Assembly: GCA_964654205.1 (NCBI GenBank)
Contig: CAZZHR010000001.1
Span: 131,953 to 187,037 of the forward strand
Direction of reading: 5' to 3'
From: an uncultured Candidatus Saccharibacteria bacterium
GTDB lineage: Bacteria; Patescibacteriota; Minisyncoccia; Phycocordibacterales; UBA2100
Length of the DNA stretch: 55,085 nucleotides
Position 1 is the stretch's first letter, and each line of letters opens with the position of its first letter. A program made the position numbers and the translations under genes. A model generated the notes under the pieces. It was given only the letters and a program-made list of their open reading frames with translations, was not told the DNA's origin and made no database searches. Below, in pieces: positions 55,059 to 55,085 of this stretch.

Positions 55059-55085
55059 ATGGAAGGTGATGCTTCACTCACAGGC
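55059..55085 (+). CDS. Start of the next gene, probably gatB (3' end lies outside the window)
   Basis: An ATG 6 nt after TATAAT (55047-55052) and the expected gatCAB order. Only 9 codons are visible. Confidence 0.3.

Overview
This is a GC-rich chromosomal window. Its gene content and style fit a small-genome CPR/Patescibacteria-type bacterium; that placement is an inference from gene content, since no rRNA is present.

Housekeeping genes: infC-rpmI-rplT, lexA with an epsilon-like exonuclease and dinB, smpB-ssrA, ftsH, a dihydroorotase-like amidohydrolase, malic enzyme, recG, ligA and gatCA(B). There is also a sensor kinase flanked by two orphan substrate-binding proteins, and an 11-kb type IV pilus/competence cluster (comFC, pilMNO, pilB, REC, pilT, pilC, pilin, pilD, four minor pilins).

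RNA genes: tmRNA, tRNA-Ile(UAU) and tRNA-Ser(GCU). None has an encoded CCA.

Main anomaly (31.6-36.5 kb): a 4,887-bp AT-richer element is inserted at the 3' end of tRNA-Ser. It carries a large serine recombinase and an XRE-led operon of five unknown membrane/secreted proteins. It consists of two unique segments separated by perfect inverted repeats of 232 bp and 131 bp. All repeat ends meet at the hexamer CCGCAG, and the three junctions read as attL, an internal inverted attP, and attR. A C5-methyltransferase/restriction pair lies on the other side of the tRNA.

Other points worth a second look:
- an HNH-finger gene of foreign composition that abuts tRNA-Ile(UAU)
- an orphan HisI-domain fusion
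- a three-copy covarying hairpin in the leaders of rplT, rpmI and smpB
- a pervasive TATAAT-N6-10-ATG (leaderless) promoter layout, which I used to refine many start codons

No CRISPR array, rRNA or transposase was seen. All calls come from reading the sequence and recognising motifs by eye; no searches were run.
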